Positions 29,408-39,006 of a stretch of DNA of 64,000 nucleotides are shown here, piece by piece. The translations under genes and the position numbers were made by a program. Source of the stretch: an uncultured bacterium. GTDB lineage: Bacteria > Lernaellota > Lernaellaia > JACKCT01. The stretch lies in assembly GCA_964591275.1 (NCBI GenBank), contig CAZQAE010000016.1, positions 287 through 64,286 of the forward strand, written 5' to 3'. Below the pieces are notes generated by a model that was not told the DNA's origin, made no database searches, and saw nothing but the letters and a program-made list of their open reading frames with translations. Numbering within the stretch: the first letter of the stretch is position 1; every line of letters begins with the position of its first letter.

Positions 29408-30043
29408 TCAGGACGCCGGGTTCAATCTGTTGAACAGGTACACGGCTCGTTTGACGGCGCCCTGCGCGGAAGCGATGCCGATCTCGTCGGATTCTATCGC
29501 CCGTTTGTCGTCTTGTTCGACGGGAAGAATATTGAGGTTCGTCAGGCCGGCGCCGCCGAAAAATGACCCGGAGTTATGGCTGCTGACTGGGATCATTTCC
29601 AGAACCAGAAAACTGTAGATAATAGAAAGCAGGGTCGTCTCGACGCCTCCGTTTCGATACCAGGAAAGAGCCAGCGCTACGCCGGGTTTGTCCGTCATGC
29701 ACCCATGATGCGTTTTGCTGACGACCAGGGGCCTCATGCGGTCCATGAGCGAGGCCAGACGACCGGTCATCCTTCCAAAATACGTTGGAGAGGCGAGGAC
29801 CAGAATGTCCGCCTCTTTAATTTTCTTCAGAATCGCCTGACCGTCGTCCTTCAACCGGCAGATTCGATCCGGGTCCTTATTCGCCAAACACCAATCGCAA
29901 TGCACGCAGTCCGAAACGTCTTTGTCGGCGAGTTCTATTATTTCGATGTCCGCCTCGGCCTTGATCGGCTCGATAGCTTTTTGGATGAACAAAAAAGTGT
30001 TGCCGCCTTCGATAGGCGATCCGCTGATGCAAAGGATTTTCAA
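29408..30043 (-). CDS. Flavodoxin-like / iron-sulfur flavoprotein family (NADPH-dependent FMN reductase fold)
   Basis: MKILCISGSPIEGGNT N-terminus and a CVHCDWC cysteine cluster. Confidence 0.65.
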   Translation of the reverse strand: MKILCISGSPIEGGNTFLFIQKAIEPIKAEADIEIIELADKDVSDCVHCDWCLANKDPDRICRLKDDGQAILKKIKEADILVLASPTYFGRMTGRLASLMDRMRPLVVSKTHHGCMTDKPGVALALSWYRNGGVETTLLSIIYSFLVLEMIPVSSHNSGSFFGGAGLTNLNILPVEQDDKRAIESDEIGIASAQGAVKRAVYLFNRLNPAS

Positions 30044-30204
30044 AAGTTTTCTCCAAAAGTGATTTCACGTTGATTCAACGCGCCTCGAAAAAAAACTCTA
30101 GGAGATTTATTTTCATTCGACAATTCCATTTTCACTTGATCGCCTGTATCATGGCGTAGAGTGCTGTTCGCTTTTTGCATTTTAGAATTGAAGGAGACGC
30201 GCTA

Positions 30205-31815
30205 ATGAAAATGAGACTGCCGAAATCGACTTGGATTCACGCGATGGCGTGCTTGCTTGCGGTGTTTGTGTTGTTTTCCGTGACGAGCGGATGCGGCGAC
30301 GACGATGACGACAATGATGACAGCGCCGATGCGCCGGTTGACGATGATACGCTCAACGACGACATTGACGATGATGCGGATGACGACGTTGACGATGATG
30401 TGGATGACGATGTCGATGACGACGTAGACGATGACGTGGACGACGATGTTGACGATTTGTACGTGGCGCCCTGGCCGCAGTCCAACATTGAAGCCCAGGA
30501 TTACGATGAAACGCCGGACGCGGGATCAAGTCGTCTCAAGGCGGCGGATTACGACCAGTTCCACCTCGACTGGCATCAACCCTACTACGGCAGCACCGTC
30601 GGGCAAGTAATATTTACCGATGAAAATCGTACGGAAGTTGACCATTACGGCGACACCGGCGATAGCTGCATCTGGACCGGCACCTATCTGGTTAGCCAGT
30701 CGATGCGCTATTACGTAACAGGCGACCCCGTAGCCAAAGCCAATGCCATCCGCGCGGCGACCACTTTGGATCGCCACCTGCATGTTACAGGACGGACAGG
30801 ATTCATCGCCCGATACACTGCGCCCAAAGACGACCTCCTCTACTACGCGCGCGGCGGCGACGCGTGGTGCGATGGAGATGATTCCTGCCACCGTTATGAA
30901 GATGGCCCCTGGGCCGGAGACTGGTGGGACGGCAACACGAGCCGCGATCAGTACACAGGCTGGTTTTTCGGCATGGCGACGGCTTTTGACCTCGTGGACG
31001 ATGAGGACATGCGAAACATGATCGCCGCGAACGTTGCCGAGGTTCTCGACGAGCTTCTCGCCACGAGCTGGTGGATCATTGATGCCGACGGCGAAGCCAC
31101 GACCGCCGGGCCCAACGTATTGCCGACGCAGCAGTTGACCTGGTCGCTGATTGGATATCACCTGACCGGTGAGGAGCGATATAAGGAAATTGTGCAAAAC
31201 TGGATTGCCGATTCCAACCGCACATACCTGCGGCTCATGAACATCACGCTCACGAATAAATATGCGCAGTATTACGGCAACAACCTGGGACACCAGAATA
31301 TGTACACGCTTTTGCGCCTGGGCAAGGTTTACTTGAGCCCGGAGGATTACGATTATATGTCGGTCCTCTTCGACGAGCAGACGCACACTTTCACAAGGCT
31401 TTCGCACAATGCATTTTTCAACGCCATTTTCATGAGCCAGGGAATATATGAGCCGACCGTGGACGATCCTTTTCAGGAGCAGCTCGAGCAGGACATCGGA
31501 GAGTTTCGCGATGCGCCGAACTGGGTTTACTTTGTCGATCCTACAGACGGAGTCATCGATCCGATATCGATTTTTCTCGACGACATCATGACTCAGTATC
31601 CATTTTTGGAGGACCTTTTAGGCGACGTGGACCCGCAGTCCCAGGACGCGCACCCGGTGCTAGAGCAATGCACCACGGATTTTCTGTGGCAGCGAAATCC
31701 TTTTCGGCTTGAGCCTTGCGGTTCGGATTTGCCCCACATCACGCGACCGGGCGTGGACTACCTGACGGCCTATTGGATGTCGTCTTATCACAAATTCATC
31801 GACAAGAGCTTTTAG
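30205..31815 (+). CDS. Lipoprotein with poly-Asp linker, unknown ~450-aa domain (paralogue 1)
   Basis: AAGGAG RBS, signal peptide with lipobox TSGC, ~53-aa D-rich linker (nt ~30298-30456), then a domain highly similar to 31844-33448. Confidence 0.8.
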   Translation: MKMRLPKSTWIHAMACLLAVFVLFSVTSGCGDDDDDNDDSADAPVDDDTLNDDIDDDADDDVDDDVDDDVDDDVDDDVDDDVDDLYVAPWPQSNIEAQDYDETPDAGSSRLKAADYDQFHLDWHQPYYGSTVGQVIFTDENRTEVDHYGDTGDSCIWTGTYLVSQSMRYYVTGDPVAKANAIRAATTLDRHLHVTGRTGFIARYTAPKDDLLYYARGGDAWCDGDDSCHRYEDGPWAGDWWDGNTSRDQYTGWFFGMATAFDLVDDEDMRNMIAANVAEVLDELLATSWWIIDADGEATTAGPNVLPTQQLTWSLIGYHLTGEERYKEIVQNWIADSNRTYLRLMNITLTNKYAQYYGNNLGHQNMYTLLRLGKVYLSPEDYDYMSVLFDEQTHTFTRLSHNAFFNAIFMSQGIYEPTVDDPFQEQLEQDIGEFRDAPNWVYFVDPTDGVIDPISIFLDDIMTQYPFLEDLLGDVDPQSQDAHPVLEQCTTDFLWQRNPFRLEPCGSDLPHITRPGVDYLTAYWMSSYHKFIDKSF

Positions 31816-31843
31816 GAAAACGACTTTAGCACAGGAGCGCCTC

Positions 31844-33448
31844 ATGAAATCGAATCGATTGATGCTCTTCATCATTTCATCTCTGGTTCTCATGGTATTT
31901 GCCTTCACAGGCGGATGCGGCGACGACGATGACGACAATGATGACAGCGCCGATGCGCCGGTTAATGATGACACGCTCAACGACGATATTGACGACGATT
32001 TCGACGACGATGACGCTGATGATGACGCGGATGACGACGTCAATGATGACGTGGACGACGATATTGATGACGATTTTGACGATCTTTACGTTGCGCCCTG
32101 GCCGCAGTCCAACGTTGAACTTCAGGATTACGATGAAACGCCGGGTGCGGGACCAAGTCGTCTCAAGGCGGCGGATTACGACCAGTTCCACCTCGACTGG
32201 CATCAGCCTTATTACGGCAGCACCGTCGGGGAGGTGGTATTCGCCGACCCGTCCCGAACGGAAGTGCTCAATTACGCCGACTACGGCGACAGTTCCCTTT
32301 GGACCGGCACCTACCTGGCCAGCCAGGCGTTGCGCTATTACGTGACAGGCGATTCGGTGGCGAAAGCCAATGCGATCCGCGCCGCGACCTCTTTGGATCG
32401 ACACCTGCATGTGACGGGACGAACCGGATTCATCGCCCGTTACACCGCGCCCAAAGACGATGGCGGCCATATGTATAATGCTTATGGCGGCGACACGTGG
32501 TGCGACGGGCAAGATTCTTGCCACCACTACGAGGATGGTCCTTACGCCGGCGACTGGTGGGCCGGCGACACAAGCCGCGATCAGTACACGGGATGGTTTT
32601 TCGGCATGGCCACGGCCTTTGACCTTGTGGATGACGAGGACATGCGAAACATGATCGCCAGCAATGTCGCCGAAGTGCTCGACGAGCTTCTTGCCACAAA
32701 CTGGTGGATCATTGAGGTGGATGGCGAGCCAACGGCCGCCGCGCCCAACGTATTGCCGACGCAGCAGTTGACCTGGTCGCTGATTGGATATCACCTGACC
32801 GGAGATGAGCGATATAAGGAAATTGTGCAAAATTGGATTGCTGATTCCAACCGCACCTACCTGCGGCTTATGAACATTACGCTCACGAATAAATATACAC
32901 AGTACTACGGCAATAACCTGGGCCATGAAAATATGTACACGCTTTTGCGCCTGGGCAAGGTTTACTTGAGCCAGGACGATTATGCATACATATCCGAACT
33001 CTTCGACGAGCAGACGCACTCTTTCACGAGGCTCTCGCACAACGCTTTTTTCAACGCCGTCTTCATGAGCCAGGGCTTTTATGAGCCAACCGAGGACGAT
33101 CAGTATCAGCAGCAGCTCGAACAGGACATCGGAGAATTTCGCGATGCGCCGAACTGGGTTTACTTTGTCGATCCTCCGGACGGCGTCATTGATCCGATAT
33201 CGATTTTTCTCGACGATATAATGACTCAATATCCCTTTCTGGCTGAACTTTTCGGCAACGTGGACCCGCAGTCCCAGGACGCGCACCCGGTGTTGGAGCA
33301 GTGCTCCACGGATTTTATGTGGCAGCGAAACCCCTTCCGCTATGAGCCCTGCGGATCGGATTCGCCCCACATCACGCGACCGGGCGTGGACTATCTGACG
33401 GCCTATTGGATGTCGTCTTATCACAAATTCATCGACAAGAGCTTTTAG
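31844..33448 (+). CDS. Lipoprotein with poly-Asp linker, unknown domain (paralogue 2)
   Basis: MKSNRLMLFIIS signal peptide, lipobox TGGC, D-rich linker (nt ~31922-32083). Most mature-domain residues are identical to paralogue 1. Confidence 0.8.
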   Translation: MKSNRLMLFIISSLVLMVFAFTGGCGDDDDDNDDSADAPVNDDTLNDDIDDDFDDDDADDDADDDVNDDVDDDIDDDFDDLYVAPWPQSNVELQDYDETPGAGPSRLKAADYDQFHLDWHQPYYGSTVGEVVFADPSRTEVLNYADYGDSSLWTGTYLASQALRYYVTGDSVAKANAIRAATSLDRHLHVTGRTGFIARYTAPKDDGGHMYNAYGGDTWCDGQDSCHHYEDGPYAGDWWAGDTSRDQYTGWFFGMATAFDLVDDEDMRNMIASNVAEVLDELLATNWWIIEVDGEPTAAAPNVLPTQQLTWSLIGYHLTGDERYKEIVQNWIADSNRTYLRLMNITLTNKYTQYYGNNLGHENMYTLLRLGKVYLSQDDYAYISELFDEQTHSFTRLSHNAFFNAVFMSQGFYEPTEDDQYQQQLEQDIGEFRDAPNWVYFVDPPDGVIDPISIFLDDIMTQYPFLAELFGNVDPQSQDAHPVLEQCSTDFMWQRNPFRYEPCGSDSPHITRPGVDYLTAYWMSSYHKFIDKSF

Positions 33449-33476
33449 GAAAACGACTTTAGCGCAGGAGCGACCC

Positions 33477-34412
33477 ATGAAATCGAATCGATTGATGCTC
33501 TTCATCATTTCCCTGCTGATGGTCATTTCCTTCGCCCTTGCGTGCGGGGGCGGCTCTGCAACGGATTCGGACGACGAAACGGATGACGGCGATGATGACA
33601 ATGACGACGCGAGCGGCGATGACGATGCGGATGACGACTCCGACGACGATATTGATGATGATATCGACGATGACGATGCTGACGACGATTTCGACGACGA
33701 CGCGGATGACGATTCACTGGCCGTGATCGCCGACCACCACGCTGCGGACGATTTCGATCAGATTCCGGAAAATATGTTTCAGGCGGTGCGCGACGAGCTG
33801 TTCATATACTACGGGCATACTTCGCACGGGGGACAGATCATCAGCGGCATCGACATGCTGGAAGAAGAGGACGGAACTTTATACGCTGGGCCGGAAATAT
33901 TTGAGCATAGCTGGGACCTGGGCGAGTACGGCGACACCGAATGGGCCGACCGCACGCGCGATTTCCTCGACGGCCCCGATGGCGTCGGCTGCAACGTGGT
34001 GATGTGGTCCTGGTGTGAAGGAACAAGCCATAACGATTTCGATGACACGCAGGTTTATCTGGACACGATGATGGACCTGGAAAGCGACTACCCGGACGTG
34101 ACCTTTGTGTACATGACCGGCCACAGTGATATGTGGGCGCAGGAAGAGGAACAGGGCAACAACAATCTGATCCGCAATCACTGCCGTGATCATGACAGCT
34201 TTCTCTACGACTTCGGCGACATTGAGTATTGGGATCCGGATGGAAATTTCTATCCCGATGCGCATCAGGATTGCCAGTGGTGCCTCGACTGGTGCGATGA
34301 TCATAATTGCCCGGATTGCGACCTGTGCGGCCACTCCGAGTGTTTCTTGTGCTACCGCAAAGGCCAGGCCATCTGGTGGCAAATGGCGCGCATGGCGGGA
34401 TGGAGCGGTTAG
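33477..34412 (+). CDS. Lipoprotein with poly-Asp linker and Cys-rich C-terminus (different mature domain)
   Basis: Same upstream spacer and signal peptide as 31844. Lipobox LAC, D-rich linker (nt ~33546-33713), GHTSHG / MWSWCEG / MTGH motifs and a CQWCLDWCDDHNCPDCDLCGHSECFLC tail. Confidence 0.7.
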   Translation: MKSNRLMLFIISLLMVISFALACGGGSATDSDDETDDGDDDNDDASGDDDADDDSDDDIDDDIDDDDADDDFDDDADDDSLAVIADHHAADDFDQIPENMFQAVRDELFIYYGHTSHGGQIISGIDMLEEEDGTLYAGPEIFEHSWDLGEYGDTEWADRTRDFLDGPDGVGCNVVMWSWCEGTSHNDFDDTQVYLDTMMDLESDYPDVTFVYMTGHSDMWAQEEEQGNNNLIRNHCRDHDSFLYDFGDIEYWDPDGNFYPDAHQDCQWCLDWCDDHNCPDCDLCGHSECFLCYRKGQAIWWQMARMAGWSG

Positions 34413-34520
34413 GGCCAGGTTATGCATCACAAATTGCATTCGGTTGGCGTGTGGAGTTCCTCATTAAAAATTGAAATAAAGGAGAATCTCTTGCGTGATT
34501 CAATTATCGCGGGGCCGAAA

Positions 34521-35312
34521 ATGAAAACGATATTGGATGAAGCTGCCGAGGCTTCATCCTATCTCTGGGAAAATGGATGGGCCGAACGCAACGCCGGAAA
34601 TCTCTCCGTTGACATCAGCGATGCTCTATCATCTCACATCGTTCTTTCGGGCGATGAGCGATTTCGCCCGCTGGCCGGGTCCTATCCATCGCTTGCCGGT
34701 CGATCTTATCTGGTCACCGGAACTGGTCGGCGATTTCGCGACCTGGCAAAGAACACGGGGCATAATAGCTGCATCCTTCGCATGACAGACAGCGGCGACG
34801 GCTTCAATATTGTCTGGGGCGGTCTCGACAATCCGGATTTCAACCCCACTTCGGAGTGGCCGGCGCACCTGCGTGTTCATGAGTTCCTTCAGGCAAACGG
34901 CGCGCCGGAAAACGTCGTTTTGCATACGCATCCCACGGAGATGATCGCCCTGACCCACATGCCGGAATACAAAAACGAACAAGCCCTTTGCACGGCTCTG
35001 TGGAGTATGCACCCCGAGGTGAAAGTTACGCTGCCGGTCGGCATCGGTTTTGCCCGCTACATGGTTCCCGGCACCGAGGAACTGGCCTTGGAAACCGTCG
35101 AGGCTTTTCGCCGAGGCTTCAAAATTGTCCTCTGGGAGATGCACGGATGCGTGGCGATTGCCGACAGCGTCATGAGCGCCTTCGACCTGATCGATACGGC
35201 CAACAAGTCGGCAAAAATCCTGCTCATGTGCCGCGCCGCCGGTTTTAGTCCGCAGGGTCTGGAAAAACATCAACAGGACGAACTGGTCGCGGCATTCGGA
35301 TTGAAGGAGTAG
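34521..35312 (+). CDS. rhaD: Rhamnulose-1-phosphate aldolase
   Basis: Collinear with E. coli RhaD: GWAERNAGNLS, VTGTGRRFR, PTSEWPAHL, HTHPTEMIALT, MVPGTEEL, DTANKSAKIL. Confidence 0.85.
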   Translation: MKTILDEAAEASSYLWENGWAERNAGNLSVDISDALSSHIVLSGDERFRPLAGSYPSLAGRSYLVTGTGRRFRDLAKNTGHNSCILRMTDSGDGFNIVWGGLDNPDFNPTSEWPAHLRVHEFLQANGAPENVVLHTHPTEMIALTHMPEYKNEQALCTALWSMHPEVKVTLPVGIGFARYMVPGTEELALETVEAFRRGFKIVLWEMHGCVAIADSVMSAFDLIDTANKSAKILLMCRAAGFSPQGLEKHQQDELVAAFGLKE

Positions 35313-35314
35313 GC

Positions 35315-36811
35315 ATGTCCCGATCCTGTTATCTCGCCTTCGATCTCGGCGCGAGCAGCGGTCGTGCGATTTTGGGATACCTGGAAAATGACCGGCTTGA
35401 AATCAAGGAAATCCACCGCTTTGAAAACCGGATGCTCAAACTCCACGGCCATTTGCACTGGGATCTATACGGTCTTTTGGCCAACATTAAAGAGGGGATG
35501 AAGAAATGTGCGGTCGGCGAAATCAAGCCGGTGAGCGTGGGCATCGACACCTGGGGAGTGGATTTCGGCCTGCTGGCGGAGGACGGCTCGCTCATCGGCC
35601 TTCCTTTCGCATATCGCGACAGCCGCACCGAAGGCATGATGGAATCCTTTTTTGCGTCGCATTCGAGCGAAACTATTTACTCGTTAACGGGCACGCAAAG
35701 CCTCCCCATCAACACGCTCTTCCAACTCTGGTCGATGATACGGAAGCGCAGTCCGCTTTTGTTCAAACGTACGGCAAAAGACCTTTTGTTCATGCCGGAC
35801 CTTTTTCACTATTTTTTGGCCGGTGTCAAAAAAACTGAGTTTTCCATCGCCACGACCTCACAGCTTTTCGATTTGAAGGAAATGCGCTGGCAGGAGGGAT
35901 TATGTCTTGAGGCGGGGTGCGACGAAATGATGCAGGAAGTCGTGATGCCGGGATCCATCCTGGGCTCAATCAGCCAGGAACTTTGCGAGCAAACAGGTTT
36001 TGAACCTGTTCCACTCGTCGCCGTCGGCACGCACGACACGGCCTCCGCCGTCGCCGCCGTTCCCGCGCAGGGCACGGACTGGGCATTTATCAGTTCCGGC
36101 ACTTGGTCGCTGATGGGCGTGGAACTCAAAAGTCCGATCCTCACGGAAAAGGCGCGCCTTGCGAACTTCACAAATGAAGGAGGAGTGAACGGCACGATTC
36201 GCTTTTTGAAAAACATCGCGGGATTGTATCTATTGCAAAAGTGCCGGGAGATATGGTCGGTCGACAAAGAGGTCAGCTACGACGAGTTGATCGATGAAGC
36301 TGAATCGGCCCATAGCGAGCATGCGTACATTGATCCCGACCATCCGGATTTTTTGAAACCATCAAATATGGTTGAGGCCATTCAGAAGCGTTGCCAGGCT
36401 ATCGGCATCCAGGTTCCGCACGGTCGCCCCAGGATTGTTCATTGCATCATGCGCAGTCTGGCTCTGAAATACCGATACACTCTTGAACAGCTACGTATCA
36501 CGCAGTCCAAGCCGATCAACCGTATCCACATCATCGGCGGCGGAGCGAAAAATAGAATGCTCTGTCAATTCACCGCCAATGCGACGCGCCTGCCGGTTTA
36601 CGCCGGACCTGTTGAGGCGACGGCCATCGGCAATCTTCTCGTGCAGGCCATGGCCGACGGCAAGGTTTCCTCGCTGGATCATCTTCGCGGCATCGTGCGC
36701 GATTCCTTTGAGATAAAAATTTATGAGCCGAATCCATCGCCGGAATGGGAAGATGCCTGGGAAATATTTCAAGCCCTCGTCATGAAACAGCGGCCCGATA
36801 AGGAACACTAG
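35315..36811 (+). CDS. rhaB: Rhamnulokinase (FGGY family)
   Basis: LAFDLGASSGRAILG, GIDTWGVDFGLL, GTHDTASAV, and position between rhaD and rhaA. Confidence 0.85.
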   Translation: MSRSCYLAFDLGASSGRAILGYLENDRLEIKEIHRFENRMLKLHGHLHWDLYGLLANIKEGMKKCAVGEIKPVSVGIDTWGVDFGLLAEDGSLIGLPFAYRDSRTEGMMESFFASHSSETIYSLTGTQSLPINTLFQLWSMIRKRSPLLFKRTAKDLLFMPDLFHYFLAGVKKTEFSIATTSQLFDLKEMRWQEGLCLEAGCDEMMQEVVMPGSILGSISQELCEQTGFEPVPLVAVGTHDTASAVAAVPAQGTDWAFISSGTWSLMGVELKSPILTEKARLANFTNEGGVNGTIRFLKNIAGLYLLQKCREIWSVDKEVSYDELIDEAESAHSEHAYIDPDHPDFLKPSNMVEAIQKRCQAIGIQVPHGRPRIVHCIMRSLALKYRYTLEQLRITQSKPINRIHIIGGGAKNRMLCQFTANATRLPVYAGPVEATAIGNLLVQAMADGKVSSLDHLRGIVRDSFEIKIYEPNPSPEWEDAWEIFQALVMKQRPDKEH

Positions 36812-36815
36812 TGGG

Positions 36816-38111
36816 TTGAGTGAAACTAAAAGGGAGAGGCTATTGAGCGATCAATCGATTGAACAAAGCTATCAGCAAGCCCTGGAGCGCTACGCCGATT
36901 TCGGCGTGGATACGGACGCGGCCCTGAAATCCCTATCATCAACTTCTATTTCCCTGCAGTGTTGGCAGGGTGATGATGTGAGCGGTTTCGAGACCCCGGA
37001 CGCGGAGCTTGGCGGCGGGGGAATTGCCGTCACCGGAAACTATCCGGGCAAGGCGCGCACCATCGACGAATTGCGCCGGGACCTGGCCGAAGCCTATTCG
37101 CTTATTCCCGGCAAACATCGCTTGAATCTGCATTCCAGTTACGGCGACTTTGGCGACCGGCGCATCGACCGCGACCAATTCGCCCCCGAGCATTTTCAAA
37201 CATGGGTGGACTGGGCACGGGAAAACGATCTGGCGCTTGATTTCAACGCCACGCTGTTTTCCCACGCAAAGGCCGACTCGGGGTTCACGTTGGCCAGCAT
37301 GGATAAGGGTATCCGTTCTTTTTGGATCGAGCATGTCAAACGCTGCCGGGAAATCGCCGCCTGGATGGGCGAAAAACTTGGAAACCCGTGCATCCACAAT
37401 TTATGGATTCCCGACGGCGCCAAAGACGAAACGGTCAGCCGCATGAAGCATCGGGAACATCTGCACAGCAGCCTGGAAGAAATCTACGGCGTCCGACACG
37501 CATCCGAACATCTGAAAGACAGCGTGGAATGCAAGCTTTTCGGCATCGGCTCCGAGTCCTTCGTGGTAGGCTCCCACGAATTTTATCTCCTGTGGGCGCT
37601 CCAAAAAGGCGTAATGGTCTGCCTGGACATGGGCCATTTTCACCCCACTGAATCCGTCGCCGACAAGCTCTCGGCGCTTCTTGTTTTCTTTGATGAAATA
37701 TTGCTGCACGTCAGCCGGGGCGTGCGCTGGGATTCGGATCACGTCGTCACATTGAACGATGAATTGCGTGCGCTCATGCTCGAAATAACGCGGGCCAGGG
37801 CGCTCAATCGCGTCCACATCGCCCTGGATTTTTTCGACGCCTCCATCAACCGCGTCGGCGCATGGGTCATAGGAACACGCGCCACGCAAAAAGCGCTTCT
37901 CTATGCGTTGCTGGAACCGACGGAGAAACTGCGTGACATGGAGGCAAAAGGCGATCTCTTTGGTCGCCTGGCGCTCATGGAAGAGATGAAGATCATGCCC
38001 CTGGGCGCCGTTTGGGATTACCATTGCCTCACGCATGGAGTCCCCGGCGCTTCCGATTGGATGCGGAAGATTTATGATTACGAAGACCGCGTGCTCAAAG
38101 CAAGAGTGTGA
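36816..38111 (+). CDS. rhaA: L-rhamnose isomerase
   Basis: LQCWQGDDVSGFE...VTGNYPGKARTIDELRRDL...IPGKHRLNLH matches the E. coli RhaA N-terminal block. TTG start. Confidence 0.9.
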   Translation: MSETKRERLLSDQSIEQSYQQALERYADFGVDTDAALKSLSSTSISLQCWQGDDVSGFETPDAELGGGGIAVTGNYPGKARTIDELRRDLAEAYSLIPGKHRLNLHSSYGDFGDRRIDRDQFAPEHFQTWVDWARENDLALDFNATLFSHAKADSGFTLASMDKGIRSFWIEHVKRCREIAAWMGEKLGNPCIHNLWIPDGAKDETVSRMKHREHLHSSLEEIYGVRHASEHLKDSVECKLFGIGSESFVVGSHEFYLLWALQKGVMVCLDMGHFHPTESVADKLSALLVFFDEILLHVSRGVRWDSDHVVTLNDELRALMLEITRARALNRVHIALDFFDASINRVGAWVIGTRATQKALLYALLEPTEKLRDMEAKGDLFGRLALMEEMKIMPLGAVWDYHCLTHGVPGASDWMRKIYDYEDRVLKARV

Positions 38112-38159
38112 TGAGCGCCTGTTGGAAAATGTGGGAAAATCAGTTCTTAAGAAGGATAA

Positions 38160-39006
38160 TTAAAGATACCAGAGATCCGACTGCTTTTTACATGGCGGCC
38201 AGTGAACAAATAAATCGATCCCGTTTATTGGGCTAAAGGTCTCAGGCTGAATGTTCGAATGATGATAAACTGCGTTTCCCACCATCTCATATTTATTATC
38301 CTGGCGGTCATAAAAGATCAGAGGAGGACTCTGTGAACAGGAGATGTTGCATTTTCTGACCGGTGCATAGCCTGTTCCTGTTTTTTTTTGAAGCGGAGAT
38401 AGATACAGGGCAGTAATAAGTTTGAGCAATGAAAACGGTTGGCCCGATGATGCCCACTTCAATTTCAGGATCTTCCAGAAGCAGATCCGGAATCGGCAGG
38501 ACCGGTTGGCAATAGATACGTTTGCACCCCACGGATTTGTACCAATCGATTGTCCCCCGATTGAATCCGTGTTTTCCATATTCAACAGGCAGTTCAATTT
38601 TCCGGTCGGTTCGCAGCCTTGGGTCGACATCGATTTCCAGCGTCACGCGGCCCATGGAAAAATTTAGGCCCAGGGAATGTAAAACCGCCGCGCCATTAAT
38701 GTCGTTTGTTATTATTTCTCGCCCTCCGCAACGTGTATAAGAATCAACGAGTGAAGTGATTTTGTCTTTTTCCGATTCCGAAAATCCTGGAATTATGAGC
38801 GAACAGGGAATGGATTTTTCCTGCAAACGGGCCATCAGATCGATAAGCCGATTGTTTTCTGGAAGGTTGCATGCGCACGTCTCGCTGCCAATCCAAACAA
38901 AGGAGACTTCTTCGACTTCCTCAACCCAGGGCGGCAAACCAGTCCTCCAGTCGATGCCCGCTCCGTATTTTATAGTAGTCACATCTCCCCCTTTGGGTAA
39001 TAACAA
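38160..39006 (-). pseudogene. U32-family (peptidase U32 / UbiV-like) gene interrupted by a frameshift at a T9 run
   Basis: ORF 38308-39006 ends just after the homopolymer 38381-38389. ORF 38160-38630 in another frame continues with protein-like sequence (KCNISCSQSPPLIFYDRQDNKYEMVGNAVY) resembling the U32 Cys motif region. Confidence 0.45.

Noticed and set aside
30298-30456. GAC/GAT-rich tracts (also 31922-32083 and 33546-33713) as independent microsatellites or hypervariable non-coding repeats
   Set aside because: They are in frame within lipoprotein genes and encode the poly-Asp linkers. They are reported as part of those genes.
31877-33601. 574-aa minus-strand ORF spanning two lipoprotein genes
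   Set aside because: It is antisense to two well-supported plus-strand genes that have signal peptides, RBSs and paralogy. Its sequence is low-complexity (Val/Ile/Arg runs mirroring the Asp codons) and crosses an intergenic spacer. It is a shadow ORF.
38160-38630. 156-aa ORF as an independent gene
   Set aside because: Its 5' half overlaps the second U32-like ORF out of frame. Only its 3' part looks protein-like, which is best explained as the frameshifted continuation of that gene.
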